From NCBI GenBank assembly GCA_038087875.1, contig CM075998.1, positions 5,582,001 through 5,642,000 of the forward strand: 60,000 bases of DNA, read 5' to 3'. The position numbers and the translations under genes were made by a program. The notes under the pieces were generated by a model. The model was not told the DNA's origin and searched no databases. It saw only the letters and a program-made list of their open reading frames with translations. This document shows, piece by piece, positions 11,713-24,156 of this stretch. This DNA comes from Malacoraja senta. Its lineage: Eukaryota. Positions within the stretch are counted from its first letter, which is position 1, and every line of letters starts with the position of its first letter.

Positions 11713-13085
11713 CCAGTGTTTTGTATGAACATTGAAGAGCACCCACTCACATCAGGGCCCACTGGGTCATCTCAAAACTGCTGTTGAGAAACAGGTAAAG
11801 AGATTGTGTTGCAGGAGGACCAACTCGAGGCCGACTCAAACACACGCCAAACTTCTAACAGCCCCCCTTTAATGCTCATTTCCCAGAACAATCAGCCAGA
11901 GCACTTCTGGCCACAGGAGAGGTAACGCTGCAGTTCATGCCCACAGAATTAACGTCCTCAGTAGAAACGGGGAAACGGCAAGAGGTAAACTCTGAAAGAC
12001 CGAAGATACTTTGGAAAAGAAACTGCCCAGTGAAAGGTGGCAAATGCATTGTCTGGTCCTGTTTCTTGGTCTGTTTTGTGAATAAGTCTCCAAAACATAT
12101 TCAATGTGCCAAGACATTCAAGTGCACAGATTCACTCAGACAATAAATCAAAATCAAACAGGTCGATATCTCCAAAACAGGAGGCATATTGGTATGTTTC
12201 TGATTATTGCAGTGGAGCGTTGAGTTTGATGTCCAGTTAAAACCAGACTGATTTGTTTTAATGGCAGAGCGACCATCTAATGGATGTTTCTAGGCTGGGT
12301 CTGCATTTTATCCATTTAAAACTAGTGACGGTGGGGGCATAGTTATCCAGCCACACATCCCCATCCATAGGTATTATGAAGGTATGAAGACAATACAGGT
12401 TGCTGATGCTCCCTTGACTTGAAGATTCTGCCCGCAGACCCTGCCTCCCTTCCAGACGCACCATCAACTGGGGTTAGATGAGGGCATCAAAAAGAAAAAA
12501 CACTGCAGATGCTGGAAGTCTGAGACAAAAACCAAACTTGCTGGAAACACTTTGCAGGTCAGGCAGCATCCGTGAAGACAGAAACCGTTGTCATCGCTTC
12601 AAATCAATGAAAGGACATTGGCGTAACAACGGTTGCATTTGTTTCTCTCTCCAAAGGAGTTCTTTGGCCCACAGTGTGTTTCCATCATGTTTGGTTTTTA
12701 TCTCTGGAGTAGTGAATGCTTGGTGTCAGTTGTACATCTGCTCGATTCGTAACCTCGTCACCGCTCGAAGGAAACGAATATGGAGCAAAAAAGAGGTGTC
12801 GAATGTTGCCACTCCAGACATCGGTATATAGGATACCAAAGTGGATCCTGGAGAGACAATAGGCTCTGGGGGAATGTTAATTCAGGGGCACCTGAATCCT
12901 TAACCAATGCCTTTCCTCTCTACATCGGTTGTGTATTCTCAGCATTTTCGGCTTTCCTCACACCCAAAATGAGATTTGTCCCAGAGTGTCCAGCCAGTAA
13001 TATTGTGAAGCAGATTGAATCCTAAAACATATATCACTTTGCATCACCAGATCAAGTTTATTGATGTGCAAGTACGGCATTGTGG

Positions 13086-13395
13086 AACATAGAATAGTAC
13101 AGCACAGGAACAGGCCCTTCGGCCCACAATGTCCATGCTGAACATGGTGCCAAGTTAAACTGATCTCCTCTGCCTGCACGTGATCCATATCCCTCCATTC
13201 CCTGCATATCCACGCACCTATCTAACAGCCTTTTAAACACCACTATCGTATCTGCCTCCACCACCAACCCCAGGCAGCTCGTTCCAGGCGCCCACCTGTG
13301 TAAAAAAACCTGCCCCGCACATCTCCTTTAAACTTTGCTCCTCTCACCTTAAAGCTGTGCCCTCTAGTCCTTGACATTTCCACCATGGGGAGAAA
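13086..13395 (-). mobile_element. CR1/HER1 LINE 3' fragment
   Basis: VVEADTIVVFKRLLDR peptide and GGGCCGAAGGGCCTGTTCC tail. Confidence 0.85.
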
Positions 13396-13487
13396 GGATT
13401 TGAATCAAGATCGGGTGAAATTTCTTTGCCCAGACGATGGTGAACCTGCAGAATTCTGTTTCCCATAAGGAGGTAGAAGCCAAGTCT

Positions 13488-13787
13488 AGTTTTAGTTTAA
13501 GTTAGAGATTCAGTGTGGACACAGGCCCTTTAGCCCACCGAGTCCACGCCGACCAGCGATCACCCCAACACTAGTTCTACCCTACACACTAGGGTTCATT
13601 TATGGAAGCCAATTAGCCTACAAACCTGTACGTCTTTGGAGTGTGGGAGGAAACCGGAGCACATGGAGAAAACCCACGCAGGTCACGGGGAGAACGTGCA
13701 AACTCCATACAGAAAGCACCCGTGGTCAGGATTAAACCCGGGTCTCTGGCGCCGTGAGGCAGCAACTCTACCGCTGCGCTACCGTGC
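13488..13787 (-). mobile_element. HE1-type V-SINE, full length
   Basis: tRNA head, V-domain, tail. Confidence 0.9.
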
Positions 13788-14516
13788 AGCCCCCTCATTA
13801 AGTCATTAAATATTCTCAAGATGGAGGTAGCTAGGACATTATGGAGTGTCTTGGACCTTTATTGAACCAGTCATGCTGTGGGTATGCTACTTCTCTTTAT
13901 CCTTTGATACAATTACTTCCCTCTTAAAAAGTGATGGCTCGGGATTCACTTTAAATGTTGTAGTTCTCTATACACTAATGTTTATCAGAACCCTATGACC
14001 CCAGGCAGAAAACCTGGGTTAGTTCCTACAGGACATGATGAACAGTGGCAACTGAGGTGTGTTCTAGTGGTGAGTGTCAAGTCCTCACTGAAGCCAGACT
14101 CCGCCTATAGGCTAGGTTGCTTTGTCAGGCCTCTGAACCAGGGCATCACTATGGCAAGGTAACAGGTGGCATGGTTCAAGTTGGGGGAAAGGAGGTGGAG
14201 ATTGGAACAGGGGAGGATGCTTACTACCTGGGGAAGAAACTAGTACAAATGACACCAAGGGACTTCTGATCCGGCAATGGCAAGCACCGTCGTGATCCAC
14301 AAAGCCATGACGGAAAAAGCATCGGCAACAGAAAGCAGCCAAGGATCAGCTCGGGGTTGTGGATTCAAGTATGTGGCTCTCACTGTGTCAGAGTGTCACT
14401 GTGGTCATATTCCGTGCAGTGCTATAAACAGAAACATACAGGTTTGCCGGGTGTTGTGAGGTTAGGGAGGGCATTGTTTTAAGCTGCTTGTTAAAGTAGA
14501 TCAAAATAAATAAGGT

Positions 14517-14675
14517 TCATGAGTAGCCGTCACTGTCAATCCAGTGTGTCATCCATTCCTTTTGATATTGTGTCTTCTTTTCATCAGTGTGTAGCTGTCG
14601 CTCCTCCTTTCCTATCCGCACGGCGTGGTACTGAGGAACGGTGTCGTTGTAACGGGAACGCTTGAAGAATCCACA
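14517..14675 (-). CDS. ITGA7: Integrin alpha-7 terminal exon, B-type cytoplasmic tail
   Basis: Acceptor ttgcag|TGT; CGFFKRSRYNDTVPQYHAVRIGKEERQLHTDEKKTQYQKEWMTHWIDSDGYS*; GFFKR hinge and the TVPQYHAV motif of alpha7B. Confidence 0.9.
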   Translation of the reverse strand, partial: CGFFKRSRYNDTVPQYHAVRIGKEERQLHTDEKKTQYQKEWMTHWIDSDGYS

Positions 14676-14829
14676 CTGCAAAGGACAGAAAGAGAGAATG
14701 CCATTTACTTCTCTGTCTGGGCTGTGCAAAGCAAGTCAAGGTGTTGGGATCTGGCCAGCGGCAGCCTGGGCGTCTGACTCTGGATGGACTGTCTTTCTGT
14801 CCCAGCTCCACACCAAACTGTCAGTCCCA

Positions 14830-15735
14830 GGGCAGCAGTGACTGCTCACTTTTGTCTTCTAACCTCCGAGTGATAAGGTTATGGCTCAAGTCTCACTCCA
14901 GAGAGTTGACTACATAATGCTGACTGACACCACTCTAGTGACAGGGATGTAACTGACACCACTATAGTGACAGGGATGTAACTGACACCACTATAGTGAC
15001 AGGGATGTGACTGACACCACTCTAGTGACAGGGATGTAACTGACACCACTATAGTAACTGACACCACTCTAGTGACAGGGATGTGACTGACACCACTATA
15101 GTGACAGGGATGTGACTGACACCACTATAGTGACAGGGATGTGACTGACACCACTATAGTGACTGACACCACTGTAGTGACAGGGATGTGACTGACACCA
15201 CTCTAGTGACAGGGATGTAACTGACACCACTATAGTGACAGGGATGTGACTGACACCACTATAGTGACTGACACCACTATAGTGACAGGGATGTGACTGA
15301 CACCACTATAGTGACAGGGATGTGACTGACACCACTATAGTGACAGGGATGTGACTGACACCACTATAGTGACTGACACCACTATAGTGACAGGGATGTG
15401 ACTGACACCACTATAGTGACTGACACCACTATAGTGACAGGGATGTGATTGACACTTCAGTGTGTGACGTGGCGTGCTGCTTTGTCAAGGCTCTTCTTTG
15501 GTTGTGACATTAAACTGGGGACCCTGATAGTGGTCTCAAGTGGATGTAAAAGATCCCACGTGTTCAGTGGGGGCAGGGTAGCTACCCCAGCATAATTAAT
15601 ATTGATGCCTCAACCATCATCAGTAAAGACACATTATCTGGGTATTATTCCACTGCCGCTTGCGGGAGCTTGCTATGTGTAAATTGCCGGCCCGACTTTA
15701 CTGCAGTTCAAAAGCATTGCCTTGGCTCTGAGTGC
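14830..15735 (+). mobile_element. Decayed DeuSINE (SacSINE1/AmnSINE1-like) hosting a minisatellite
   Basis: Deu-domain-like GTGGATGTAAAAGATCCC...GGGAGCTTGCTATGTGTAAATTG...TTCAAAAG; recognised from memory of the family consensus. Confidence 0.55.
14923..15455. repeat. Minisatellite of 29-bp and 18-bp units
   Basis: CTGACACCACTATAGTGACAGGGATGTGA repeats mixed with CTGACACCACTATAGTGA. Confidence 0.95.
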
Positions 15736-17377
15736 TCACAAGTTCACAGGTTATAGGAGTAGAATTAGGCCATTCGGCCCATCGAGTCCACTCCGCCATT
15801 CAATCATGGCTGATCTCTGCCACCTCACCCATTCTCCTGCCTTCCCCCATAACCCTTGACACCCGTTTTAATCAAGAATCTATCTATCTCTGCCTTAAAA
15901 TGTTTGATGTGTACTGACATCCATCTATCTCCCACTATCGCAGACAAGCCCTTGATGCCAAAGCTGTTTGTGGTGCAGTTTGCCTGAGAGTGAGAGAGAT
16001 TGCCATTCCTTCATTGTTTTGTGAGCAATGGCATTCGGCCGTGTGGCTGTGCACTAACTCTTCAAGTTGCAGAGTTACAGAGAGTCTTGTGAATGGAGCC
16101 AGCCTGATCAGAAGCAACCTAGGGAGACAGTCGGAAGAGAGCAAAGGAGGAGAAACAGATTGTGTTTAACTGTGTTGCGATCTTACGACATGCAGATTAA
16201 ATCGATCGCAATGCCCCTTCAGCCCAGGAGAGCTTGATCTCGACCAGAAGGGAACAAAGCCATTTCATCAAAAATAGATGCACGCACAAGCATGTGGGGG
16301 AGGATGTTGGATTCCTAGGGGGTGTACAATGTGGTTCATGCATCTCCGGCTATTCTTACTGTGTGCACACTGACAACAAATGGAAACTGCACAAGGTGTG
16401 GGGAAGAGGCAAGTCACAGAAATGCATGCCTAACGCACGTCGCAAACCCAGCCATCACACCCGTACAGGGTTAGAGAGCAGTGAGGAGTGTAAGGATTAT
16501 TTCCTGAGCATTGTTGTGAGGACTATTTTAAACATGCCAACTGATAGCCCATGGCAGAGGGTGAATGTGCATTCACTGGCGACAGGTCTCCACATGTCCT
16601 TTGGCTATGACTCTGCTTGTAGAGTGGAGACAGTACTTGGCCGTTATCTACATGGAGACCTGTAGGACCCAGTGACAATGTGAATCACAGGAGGTGGTTG
16701 GAGATCCATTGCGTTTGCAATAAAGGCGTTACAATTTGATCATGAAATGAGCTGAGTATTGTGCTTGTCACAACAAGGAACTGCAGATGCTGGTTTACGA
16801 AAAAAAGACACAGAGTGCTGGAGTACCTCAACGGGTCAGGCGGCATCTCCGGTGAACATGGATAGGCGAGGTTTCGGAAAGGGTCCCGACCCGAAACGTC
16901 ACCTATCCATATTCTCCCGTGATGCTGCCTGACCCGCTGAGTTGCTTAAGGATACCGAGCTGAAACATCACCAATACATGTTCTCTAGTGATGAGGCCTG
17001 ACGCTTAGTGGCTTTTGCTTTTTTCTGAGTACTATGGTTGGTCATTTTTATGCGCTCAACCTCATTTACAATGGGGGGGGGGGGGGGTAATTGTGAACTG
17101 GGGACAAAGTCAGTTGCTCAATTTGAACGGCATATTCCTCTTCTCAATGGAAGATGCAAGAGGAATGGAGATCTTTGAGCAAATCATTTGTGTTTCAGAT
17201 ATTGAACATGAGATGTATTAATAATCCTTACACTGCACCCGCCTCCTCTGGTATACAAGCACTCCAATGCCGTGCAAAAACACACACTATATACAGCAGA
17301 TTGGCACTACCACAGCAAGCCTTTGCCCTGGCCCAAGCAGGGGTCTGGCACTACATTTACCGCTACGGAAGTCAGCA

Positions 17378-17488
17378 TTATGCCTCGGTGGCCAGTTTGT
17401 CCTGGTCAGATGGCTGGGTTTGAAGATGGGCCCTGTGATATTCCGTTTCATACTTAGCCTCTTTGCTCGTTCTCTTGAAGAAACCGCA
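17378..17488 (-). CDS. ITGA7: Integrin alpha-7 alternative exon, A-type cytoplasmic tail (exon extends to donor at 17361)
   Basis: Acceptor cttgtag|TGC; CGFFKRTSKEAKYETEYHRAHLQTQPSDQDKLATEA*; YHRAHL..QPS as in alpha7A; donor CG|gtaaat 17 nt after the stop. Confidence 0.88.
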   Translation of the reverse strand, partial: CGFFKRTSKEAKYETEYHRAHLQTQPSDQDKLATEA

Positions 17489-17666
17489 CTACAAGGAAGC
17501 AATGTTGGTCCAGTGTTACGACAGGTAAAGCGAGTCAGGATGAGTTCGCTGGCGTCCCAGGGAACAGCGTGGGCGAGCGCAGCATTTTGGGTTCTCATTT
17601 CAGGAATTGAGGTCAATAGCATGGAAAGCAGAATTCAATTTGTCTCTGAGTGAAGAGACATCAGGG

Positions 17667-17983
17667 GTTTAGTTTAGTTTAGAGATACAACGCGGAAACA
17701 GGCCCTTCGGCCCACCGTGTCCGCGCCGACCAGCGATCCCCGCACATTAACACTATCCCACACACAGGGGACAATTTACATTCATACCAAGCCAATTAAC
17801 CTACAAATCTGTTGGTCTTTGGAGTGTGGGAGGAAACCGAAGAACACGGAGGAAACCCACACACGGTCACGGGAAGACCGTGCAAACTCCGTACAGACAG
17901 CACCCGTAGTCGGGATCGAACCGGGTCTCTGGCACTGTAAGCATTGTGAAGCAGCAATTCAACCGCTGCGCCATCGCGCCGCC
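17667..17983 (-). mobile_element. HE1-type V-SINE, full length
   Basis: tRNA head, V-domain, tail. Confidence 0.9.
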
Positions 17984-18323
17984 CAAGTTGAACATGACAG
18001 GACACAGGATTTTCTACCTTCAGGAGAGAGCCAATGTTGTCATGAATGCCTCCTGCTGGTATCCTTACTTCAATTTGATGGCAAATTCCCTGGACCCCAT
18101 GAATTATATCCTGAAATGAGAGAGTTTTGAACCCCACGCACAACTCAATCCCAATCCAAGTAGTTTGTTGCCTTGTCACCCCGAGACAACCACAGTGCCT
18201 TTTTACACGGGCAAAGCCCACTGTAACCCCTCCTCTACATTCTGACCAATCCTTTGGGCAGTACATGTAGCAAAATATAAAGCCTGCTCTTAAAGAACCG
18301 TTGCAATTCAGCTGCAAACAAGG

Positions 18324-18632
18324 TTTTAGTTTTAGCTTAGTTTAGTGTAGTTTAGAGATACAGCGTGGAAACAGGCCCTTCGGCCCACCGAGTCCGCACC
18401 GACCAGTGATCCCTGCACATTAATACTATCCTACACACACCAGGGGCAACTTACTTTTATACCAAGCCAATTAGCCTCCAAACCTGTACGTCTTTGGATT
18501 GTGGGAGGAAACCGGAGATCCTGGAGTAGACCCATGCAGGTCACGGGGAGAACGTACAAACTCCGTACAGACAGCACCCGTAGTCGGGTTGGAACCCGGC
18601 CTCTGGCGTTGTAAGCGCTGTAAGGCAGCAAC
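18324..18632 (-). mobile_element. HE1-type V-SINE
   Basis: V-domain, tail, partial head. Confidence 0.9.
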
Positions 18633-19030
18633 CTTAGGGTTGGAATTAGACTTGCATGGGAAACACGTTTGAAACTTTGACATTTCTGTGAACTGATTCT
18701 TTCATATCTACACTCCCAAAGATAGCGAAAGGCTATAGAAGGGTAGAACTATGGCCAAATAGGCAGCAGTCAGGATCACAGTAGACCTTTGCCTTCATGG
18801 TAGGGATCAGGCAGCTGCACAGAATGGAGCCGTCTCAGAATCAGAGGAAGGAAATGTACGTACGAAACTGTGACACTGATTTGAACGAAGTTCAAAGATG
18901 CTATAAGATTGACTTAAAATGGTGTACTAAAGCAACTGTCACAAATCAAGTCTGACACTAAATACTAATCAAACACTCATCAATTGAGAGATGACACCTC
19001 TGACTCCAATCAAACTGATCAAATAAGTTG

Positions 19031-20040
19031 AATTTACAAGAATGATCCCAGGAATGAGTGGGTTAACATATGATGAGCGTTTGTCGGCACTGGGCCTGTA
19101 CTCGCTGGAGTTTAGAAGGATGAGAGGGCACCTCATTGAAACGCGCCGAATAGTGAAAGGCCTGGATAGAGTGGATGTGGAGAGGATGTTTCCACTAATG
19201 GGAGAGTCTAGGACCAGAGGGCACAGCCTCAGAATTAAAGGATGTTCCTTTAGAGAGAAGATGAGGAGGAATTTCTTTAGTCAGAGGGTGGTGAATCTGT
19301 GGAATTCAGTGTCACAGAAGGCTGTGGAGGCCAAGTGAATGGATATTTTTAAGGCGGAGGGAGATCGATTGTTGATTAGTGCGGGTGTCGGGGGTAATGG
19401 GGAGAAGGCAGGAGAATGGGGTTCGGAGGGAGAGATAGATCGAGAGATCGAGAGCCTTGGAGGCAGCGATGGGAACCTTGGTGGCGGTGATGGGGGTCAC
19501 GGCGGTGGCAGTGTGAGCATCGATGGTGGTGGGGCCTCGGCAGCAATAGGAGCCTCAGCGGCGAGGGGGGGGCTCATGATCGACCCGCGATGAGTGTGGG
19601 GGGGGGGAGGGCAAGACAATGGGGACCCAGTGTTGCGGGGGGGGGGGGGGCTCATGATCGACCCGCGATGAGTGTGGGGGGGGGGAGGGGAAGACAATGG
19701 GGACCCAGTGTTGCGGGGGGGGGGGGGGGCACTACTTTAGAATCCTCTGCCCAGTGGATAAGTCTGTTTGTTTGTTCGTTTGTTCCGATGAAGGTACTGT
19801 GCACACGGCAGCCAGACAACAGTCGCTTGTCTTTTTCTTTTTCTTTTAGTTTTTAATTTCAAGTTTTGCCGTACCTTGTGTGACGTGACTGTTGCCGTAC
19901 CTTGTGTGGTGTGACTGTCGGCAGACCAAGTTCCCTCCGGGGATGAATACTGTTTTATCGTATCGTATATCGTCGATCAACCATGATTGAATGGCGGAGT
20001 AGACTTGATGGGCCGAATGGCCTAATTCTGCCCCTATCAC
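19031..20040 (+). mobile_element. CR1/HER1 LINE 3' fragment whose tail is split by a G-rich insertion (about 19442-19974)
   Basis: MIPGMSGLTYDERLSALGLYSLEFRRMRG...; tail resumes at GATCAACCATGATTGAATGG near 19975. Confidence 0.85.
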
Positions 20041-20506
20041 TTTTTACTTATCCTTCCATGAACTTTCATTTAACTTTCATCCATGAAGACTGAAGCCTCT
20101 TGCAAGGAAACTGTGCGGAACATGTCTCATGTGCTGATGCAATAGGACCTGCTGAACCACGAACGATGTTAGGATGCAGAGTACTCTCTGGGCCAGACTC
20201 AAATGAACTATGCTTTGATTTTACTGTGATGCTGTACGTCGGAACGAAGTGGAAAGAAAGCAGTTCTACTTATGTTTCAAGCCTTGGACCTCATGGATCA
20301 AGAAATATGCAGCAAAGAGGCTTCAGATGTGACCTGGTCTCCGTAGGCCCCCCTCGGTCATGACTGACCATGGTGATGCAACCTAGTTGTCGGCTAGAGC
20401 CGAGGTTTGGAGCAAGCAGCCAACAACTAGGTTCATCACCCATGGTCAGTCGTGTGACCTGGGGAAAGCATCAATATTCAGTTGTACAGATCGGTTCCCA
20501 GCTTAC

Positions 20507-20632
20507 CTTCCAAAGGAGAAAGACAAGCAGAGCCAACACCAGGATTCCTGCCAGGACAGCAATGAGTATAATCAACCAGGGCGTTTCGCCATACACTGCG
20601 CTTGCCTTCTCTGGATGTATTCGCAAGGTAAC
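20507..20632 (-). CDS. ITGA7: Integrin alpha-7 transmembrane exon
   Basis: ctacag|GTT ... AAG|gtaagc; VTLRIHPEKASAVYGETPWLIILIAVLAGILVLALLVFLLWK, 126 bp, phase 0/0. Confidence 0.93.
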
Positions 20633-20744
20633 CTGTAGTGGTTAAAGGTCACAATGGTCATTCCAATATATTCCCACACCATTAGAAGCCTTTTAAAAAG
20701 CTCTGGCTATGTAGCAATTTTATGCATAAGTATGTGTGTGTGTA

Positions 20745-21036
20745 TTTAGTTTAGTTTAGAGATACAGCATGGAAACAGGCCCTTCGGCCCACTGAGTGCG
20801 TACCGACCAGTGATCACCAGTTCTATCCTACACACACTGGGGACAATTTACAGAAACCAATTAACCTACAAACCTGTACGTCTTTGGAGTGTGGGAGGAA
20901 ACCGGAGCACCCGGAGAAAACCCACGCAGGTCACGGGGAGAACGTACAAACTCCGTATAGACAGCACCCGTAGTCGGGATGGAACCCGGGTCTCTGGCGC
21001 TGTGAGGCAGCAACTCTACCGCTGCGCCACCGTGCC
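20745..21036 (-). mobile_element. HE1-type V-SINE, full length
   Basis: tRNA head, V-domain, tail. Confidence 0.9.
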
Positions 21037-21267
21037 GTTCCTGCGTGTCTAGTCAATGAAGAAAGCTACAAGGAGATAAGGTTACCCTGCAGAAACAAGG
21101 AACTACAGGTGCTGGAAACAAGATGAAGGAGACAAGGCTCGCAGGCAGTTAAAATCACTGCAGGCATGAAGTGGGAGATGGGCCATTCAGCCTTGACCTA
21201 TCCCTATATTAATCTAATCCCAGATGTGAAATTCATTGTATCTCTCTGTGATATATAGTGCATAAGA

Positions 21268-21800
21268 ACATTGAATTCCCCAGTTTTAGGTAAACTCTAA
21301 CAACCCCCCCTACCCCTCCCCCCACCACAACTCCCCATCCCCTGTGCCCCACCTATTTCTTCCCTCCTCCTCCATTCCTTTCTCTGGCTTCACAATTTGC
21401 AACCCTTCAATCCTTCTGCTTTAATCTCTGGCCTTTCCAACCATCTGGTCCATCAACCCCTCCCCCGCTCGTCTCTCCTCCATCCCAGCCTCCTTCCTCC
21501 TCCCCCCCACCCCCCACAGCCTATAATCAGTCAAAGAAGGGTCCCGATCCAAATGTCACTGATCCATGTTCTCCAGAGATGGTGCCTGACCCACACATGT
21601 CTATCTTCGGTGTAAAGCAGCAACTGCAGTTCCTTTCTGTACACTTTGTCTGCTCCACTGAGAAATCTCCTGCTTTGAAGAAGCCCCCTCCTGCCTTGGT
21701 CATCTGTTGCAGGTCCAGGTTTGTTCTGGCCTTGTCCTAACTCCAGTTCCCTCCCCTCTACTTTCAGTTTGAAGAAGGGTCCCGACCCGAAACGTCACCC
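21268..21800 (+). mobile_element. Penelope-like element 3' end
   Basis: ORF-end remnant NIEFPSFR*, C-rich 3' region, two hammerhead-like cores (about 21528 and 21766). Confidence 0.55.
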
Positions 21801-22250
21801 ATCCTTTTTCTCCAGAGATGCTGCCTGACCTGCTGAGTTACTCCAGCACTCTGTGAAACGTCACCTATCCATGTTCTCCACAGATGCTGCCTGACCCGCT
21901 GAGTTACTCCAGCACTCTGTGAAACGTCACCTATCCATGTTCTCCACAGATGCTGCCTGACCCGCTGAGTTACTCCAGCACTCTGTGAAACGTCACCTAT
22001 CCATGTTCTCCACAGATGCTGCCTGACCCGCTGAGTTACTCCAGCACTCTGTGAAACGTCACCTATCCGTGTTCTCCACAGATGCTGCCTGACCCACTGA
22101 GTTACTCCAGCACTCTGTGAAACGTCACCTATCCATGTTCTCCACAGATGCTGCCTGACCCGCTGAGTTACTCCAGCACTCTGTGAAACGTCACCTATCC
22201 ATGTTCTCCACAGATGCTGCCTGACCCACTGAGTTACTCCAGCACTCTGT
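21789..22250 (+). repeat. 66-bp tandem array, about 7 copies
   Basis: Unit GAAACGTCACCTATCCATGTTCTCCACAGATGCTGCCTGACCCGCTGAGTTACTCCAGCACTCTGT. Confidence 0.95.
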
Positions 22251-22318
22251 GCCTATCCGCAGTTCCTTGTTTCTGCACCTGGAATACAGCTGCAAATGGC
22301 AGCAGTCAAGTATCAGGA

Positions 22319-22637
22319 GTTTTAGTTTTAGAGACTCAGCACGGTGACAGGCCCTTCGGCCCAAACCGACCAGCGACCGAGTCTGCACCGACGAGCGATC
22401 CACGGACATTAACACTATCCTACACACACAAGGGAAAATTTACACTTTCACTTATACCAAGCCAATTAACCAACAAACCTGTACGTCTTTGGAGTGTGGG
22501 AGGAAACCGAAGATCTAATAGAACTCACGGGGAGAACGTGCAAACTCCGCACAGGCAGCGCCCGTTGTCGGGATCAACCCGGGTCTCCGGCGCTGCAAGC
22601 GCTGTAAGGCAGCAACTCGACCGCTGCGCCACCGTGG
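22319..22637 (-). mobile_element. HE1-type V-SINE
   Basis: tRNA head, V-domain, tail. Confidence 0.85.
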
Positions 22638-22747
22638 CTGCCGTGAGCTGAATAAACCTCATGCATTGCCAACAGGGCCTAACCTCCTGTGTCGGTTGGA
22701 AACTCTGGTCAACATTGAACAGGTTGGGTCTGGAGATATGTCCGTAC

Positions 22748-22846
22748 CTGCACGGCAGCCTTCTGCACCTTCAGGTTTCTAATGCTTGACTTCACACTAA
22801 TGTCAGCGCGAATGATCAGGTGGATGTCACTGAGGGAGGCGTACTC
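22748..22846 (-). CDS. ITGA7: Integrin alpha-7 calf-2 exon
   Basis: ttgcag|GAG ... CAG|gtacgg; EYASLSDIHLIIRADISVKSSIRNLKVQKAAVQ (VKSSIxNL as in alpha7), 99 bp. Confidence 0.9.
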
Positions 22847-23144
22847 CTGCAATTGGAATAAGAGCCGTCAGCACATCATTTCAAACAAACATCCTTGCTC
22901 AGTTTCCCTCTCAGAGCTGTTCATTTCAAAGCTGAAGAGCAGGAGATGGGGAATCACCACCGACACAGCCATAGAACGATTCGGACACATACAAAGGAAA
23001 TACTTTTGCACAAACTGGAGGCCTTTCAATGTCTCACCCAAGTTGGAGTTGGGACGTGAGGTGAGGAAGTCATCACTACCTAAACGTCAGGCAGCATCTC
23101 TAGAGAACATGGAATTCAGAACGTCTGAAGAAGGGTACCGACCC

Positions 23145-24156
23145 GAAACGTCACCTATCCATGTTCTCCACAGATGCTGCCTGACCTGCTGAGTTACTCC
23201 AGCACTCTGTGAAACGTCACCTATCCATGTTCCCCACAGATGCTGCCTGACCCGCTGAGTTACTCCAGCACTCTGTGAAACGTCACCTATCCATGTTCTC
23301 CACAGATGCTGCCTGACCCGCTGAGTTACTCCAGCACTCTGTGAAACGTCACCTATCCATGTTCTCCACAGATGCTGCCTGACCCGCTGAGTTACTCCAG
23401 CACTGTGTGAAACGTCACCTATCCATGTTCTCCACAGATGCTGCCTGACCTGCTGAGTTACTCCAGCACTCTGTGAAACGTCACCTATCCATGTTCTCCA
23501 CAGATGCTGCCTGACCTGCTGAGTTACTCCAGCACTCTGTGAAACGTCACCTATCCATGTTCTCCACAGATGCTGCCTGACCCGCTGAGTTACTCCAGCA
23601 CTCTGTGAAACGTCACCTATCCATGTTCTCCACAGATGCTGCCTGACCCGCTGAGTTACTCCAGCACTGTGTGAAACGTCACCTATCCATGTTCTCCACA
23701 GATGCTGCCTGACCCGCTGAGTTACTCCAGCACTCTGTGAAACGTCACCTATCCATGTTCTCCACAGATGCTGCCTGACCCGCTGAGTTACTCCAGCACT
23801 GTGTGAAACGTCACCTATCCATGTTCTCCACAGATGCTGCCTGACCCGCTGAGTTACTCCAGCACTCTGTGAAACGTCACCTATCCATGTTCTCCACAGA
23901 TGCTGCCTGACCTGCTGAGTTACTCCAGCACTCTGTGAAACGTCACCTATCCATGTTCTCCACAGATGCTGCCTGACCCGCTGAGTTACTCCAGCACTCT
24001 GTGAAACGTCACCTATCCATGTTCTCCACAGATGCTGCCTGACCCGCTGAGTTACTCCAGCACTGTGTGAAACGTCACCTATCCATGTTCTCCACAGATG
24101 CTGCCTGACCCGCTGAGTTACTCCAGCACTCTGTGAAACGTCACCTATCCATGTTC
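23145..24156 (+). repeat. 66-bp tandem array, 15 full copies plus a partial copy
   Basis: Same unit as 21789-22250; starts at the GAAAC of an intact CTGAAGAAGGGTACCGACCCGAAAC core (23125-23149). Confidence 0.95.

Noticed and set aside
400..14100. Further host genes downstream of ITGA7 (for example a METTL7-type gene)
   Set aside because: No recognisable exon found by eye; small exons cannot be excluded without a homology search.
14923..15455. 29-bp palindromic repeat as CRISPR or coding repeat
   Set aside because: No spacers; simple minisatellite in an intron; the overlapping ORF is just repeat translation.
21789..24156. 66-bp arrays as CRISPR arrays
   Set aside because: Head-to-tail repeats with no unique spacers, no cas genes, vertebrate context.
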